DNA of 55,804 nt from Nitrososphaeria archaeon (GTDB taxonomy: Archaea > Thermoproteota > Nitrososphaeria > Nitrososphaerales > JARVJX01), in assembly GCA_029775995.1 (NCBI GenBank), contig JARVJX010000001.1:1-55804 (forward strand). The letters are read 5' to 3'. The notes under the pieces are model-generated. The model searched no databases. It was given only the letters and a program-made list of their open reading frames with translations, and was not told the origin of the DNA. Position numbers and translations under genes: made by a program. Shown one piece after another: positions 55,624 through 55,804 of this stretch; the stretch's first letter is position 1; every line of letters starts with the position of its first letter.

Positions 55624-55804
55624 TAGCTTTGTGGCTTAATTATTGTTGTGTGTTTGCTCTTTGTTTTTAGTGTTGGATTGTGTTTATAGGTTTATGATTG
55701 TGTTGTATATGAATGCTTTTATTTTTAGCTCTTTGGCTATGTTTGGCAGCTCCTTAGCCAAGCAGTAATCGCCGAAGATACGCTTGAATGTTGAGAACGC
55801 TGTT
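55624..55804 (-). mobile_element. Partial IS copy (3' end), an exact inverted duplicate of 1..181; the transposase C-terminus lies on the minus strand at 55684..55803
   Basis: Its reverse complement is identical to 1..181 over all 181 nt. Identity ends at 55623. Confidence 0.55.

Noticed and set aside
1-55804. The terminal inverted repeats could be telomeres of a linear plasmid, virus or Borg-like extrachromosomal element.
   Set aside because: The repeat encodes the C-terminal tail of a transposase and ends in an IS-like terminus. The interior is ordinary chromosomal housekeeping (rtcB, thyX, lipB, primase, respiratory complexes), with no replication or partition module typical of such elements. 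Two inverted IS copies at an assembly break explain it more simply. It is kept as an alternative in the corresponding finding.

Overview
AT-rich archaeal DNA whose gene content resembles an aerobic, thermophile-like member of the TACK/Thermoproteota group. It is probably a whole contig. Positions 1..181 are the exact reverse complement of 55624..55804, and that repeat encodes the C-terminal tail of a DDE transposase, so the window appears to lie between two inverted copies of one IS.

Gene content from left to right:
- a class-III-signal pilin;
- a compact heme-copper oxidase cluster (subunits II and I, a CtaG-like factor, and a short 4-helix heme A synthase);
- a decayed IS607-type element (frameshifted tnpA and tnpB);
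- a molybdenum-hydroxylase/CO-dehydrogenase-type operon with medium, small and CoxG subunits and a full maturation set (MoxR/CoxD, VWA/CoxE, XdhC, MocA), but no large catalytic subunit;
- a CRISPR region holding only cas1-cas2 and three arrays: a decayed 4-repeat array of 24-nt repeats, and two large 37-nt-repeat arrays (16 and 57 repeats) that diverge from mirrored leaders around a small frameshifted regulator-like gene;
- a Zn-dependent alcohol dehydrogenase;
- a translationally coupled operon of a short SMC-like ATPase, a kleisin-like protein and a ScpB/KITE-like protein, convergent with an Lhr-type helicase;
- a rhomboid protease and a tRNA-binding protein;
- an operon of a membrane protein, a SWIM protein, a KaiC-like ATPase and a PriS-like primase;
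- an rtcB / COG0523 GTPase / archease / hydrolase operon;
- a sugar ABC importer, an NAD(P)HX dehydratase, a decayed vapBC pair, lipB, thyX, and geranylgeranyl reductase with a Cys-rich partner;
- a corrinoid-protein / MtaA-like / LLM-oxidoreductase cluster;
- a Rieske / cytochrome b pair.

I found no tRNA or rRNA genes by eye.

The observations most worth follow-up are:
- the short-SMC/kleisin/KITE operon;
- the twin arrays, each fixed for a different 5'-handle variant, with no effector genes in the window;
- the IS-bounded architecture of the whole window;
- the Mo-hydroxylase operon that lacks its large subunit;
- the GTPase inserted between rtcB and archease.

All functional calls rest on motifs read from the supplied translations and recalled family knowledge. 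No database search was run.
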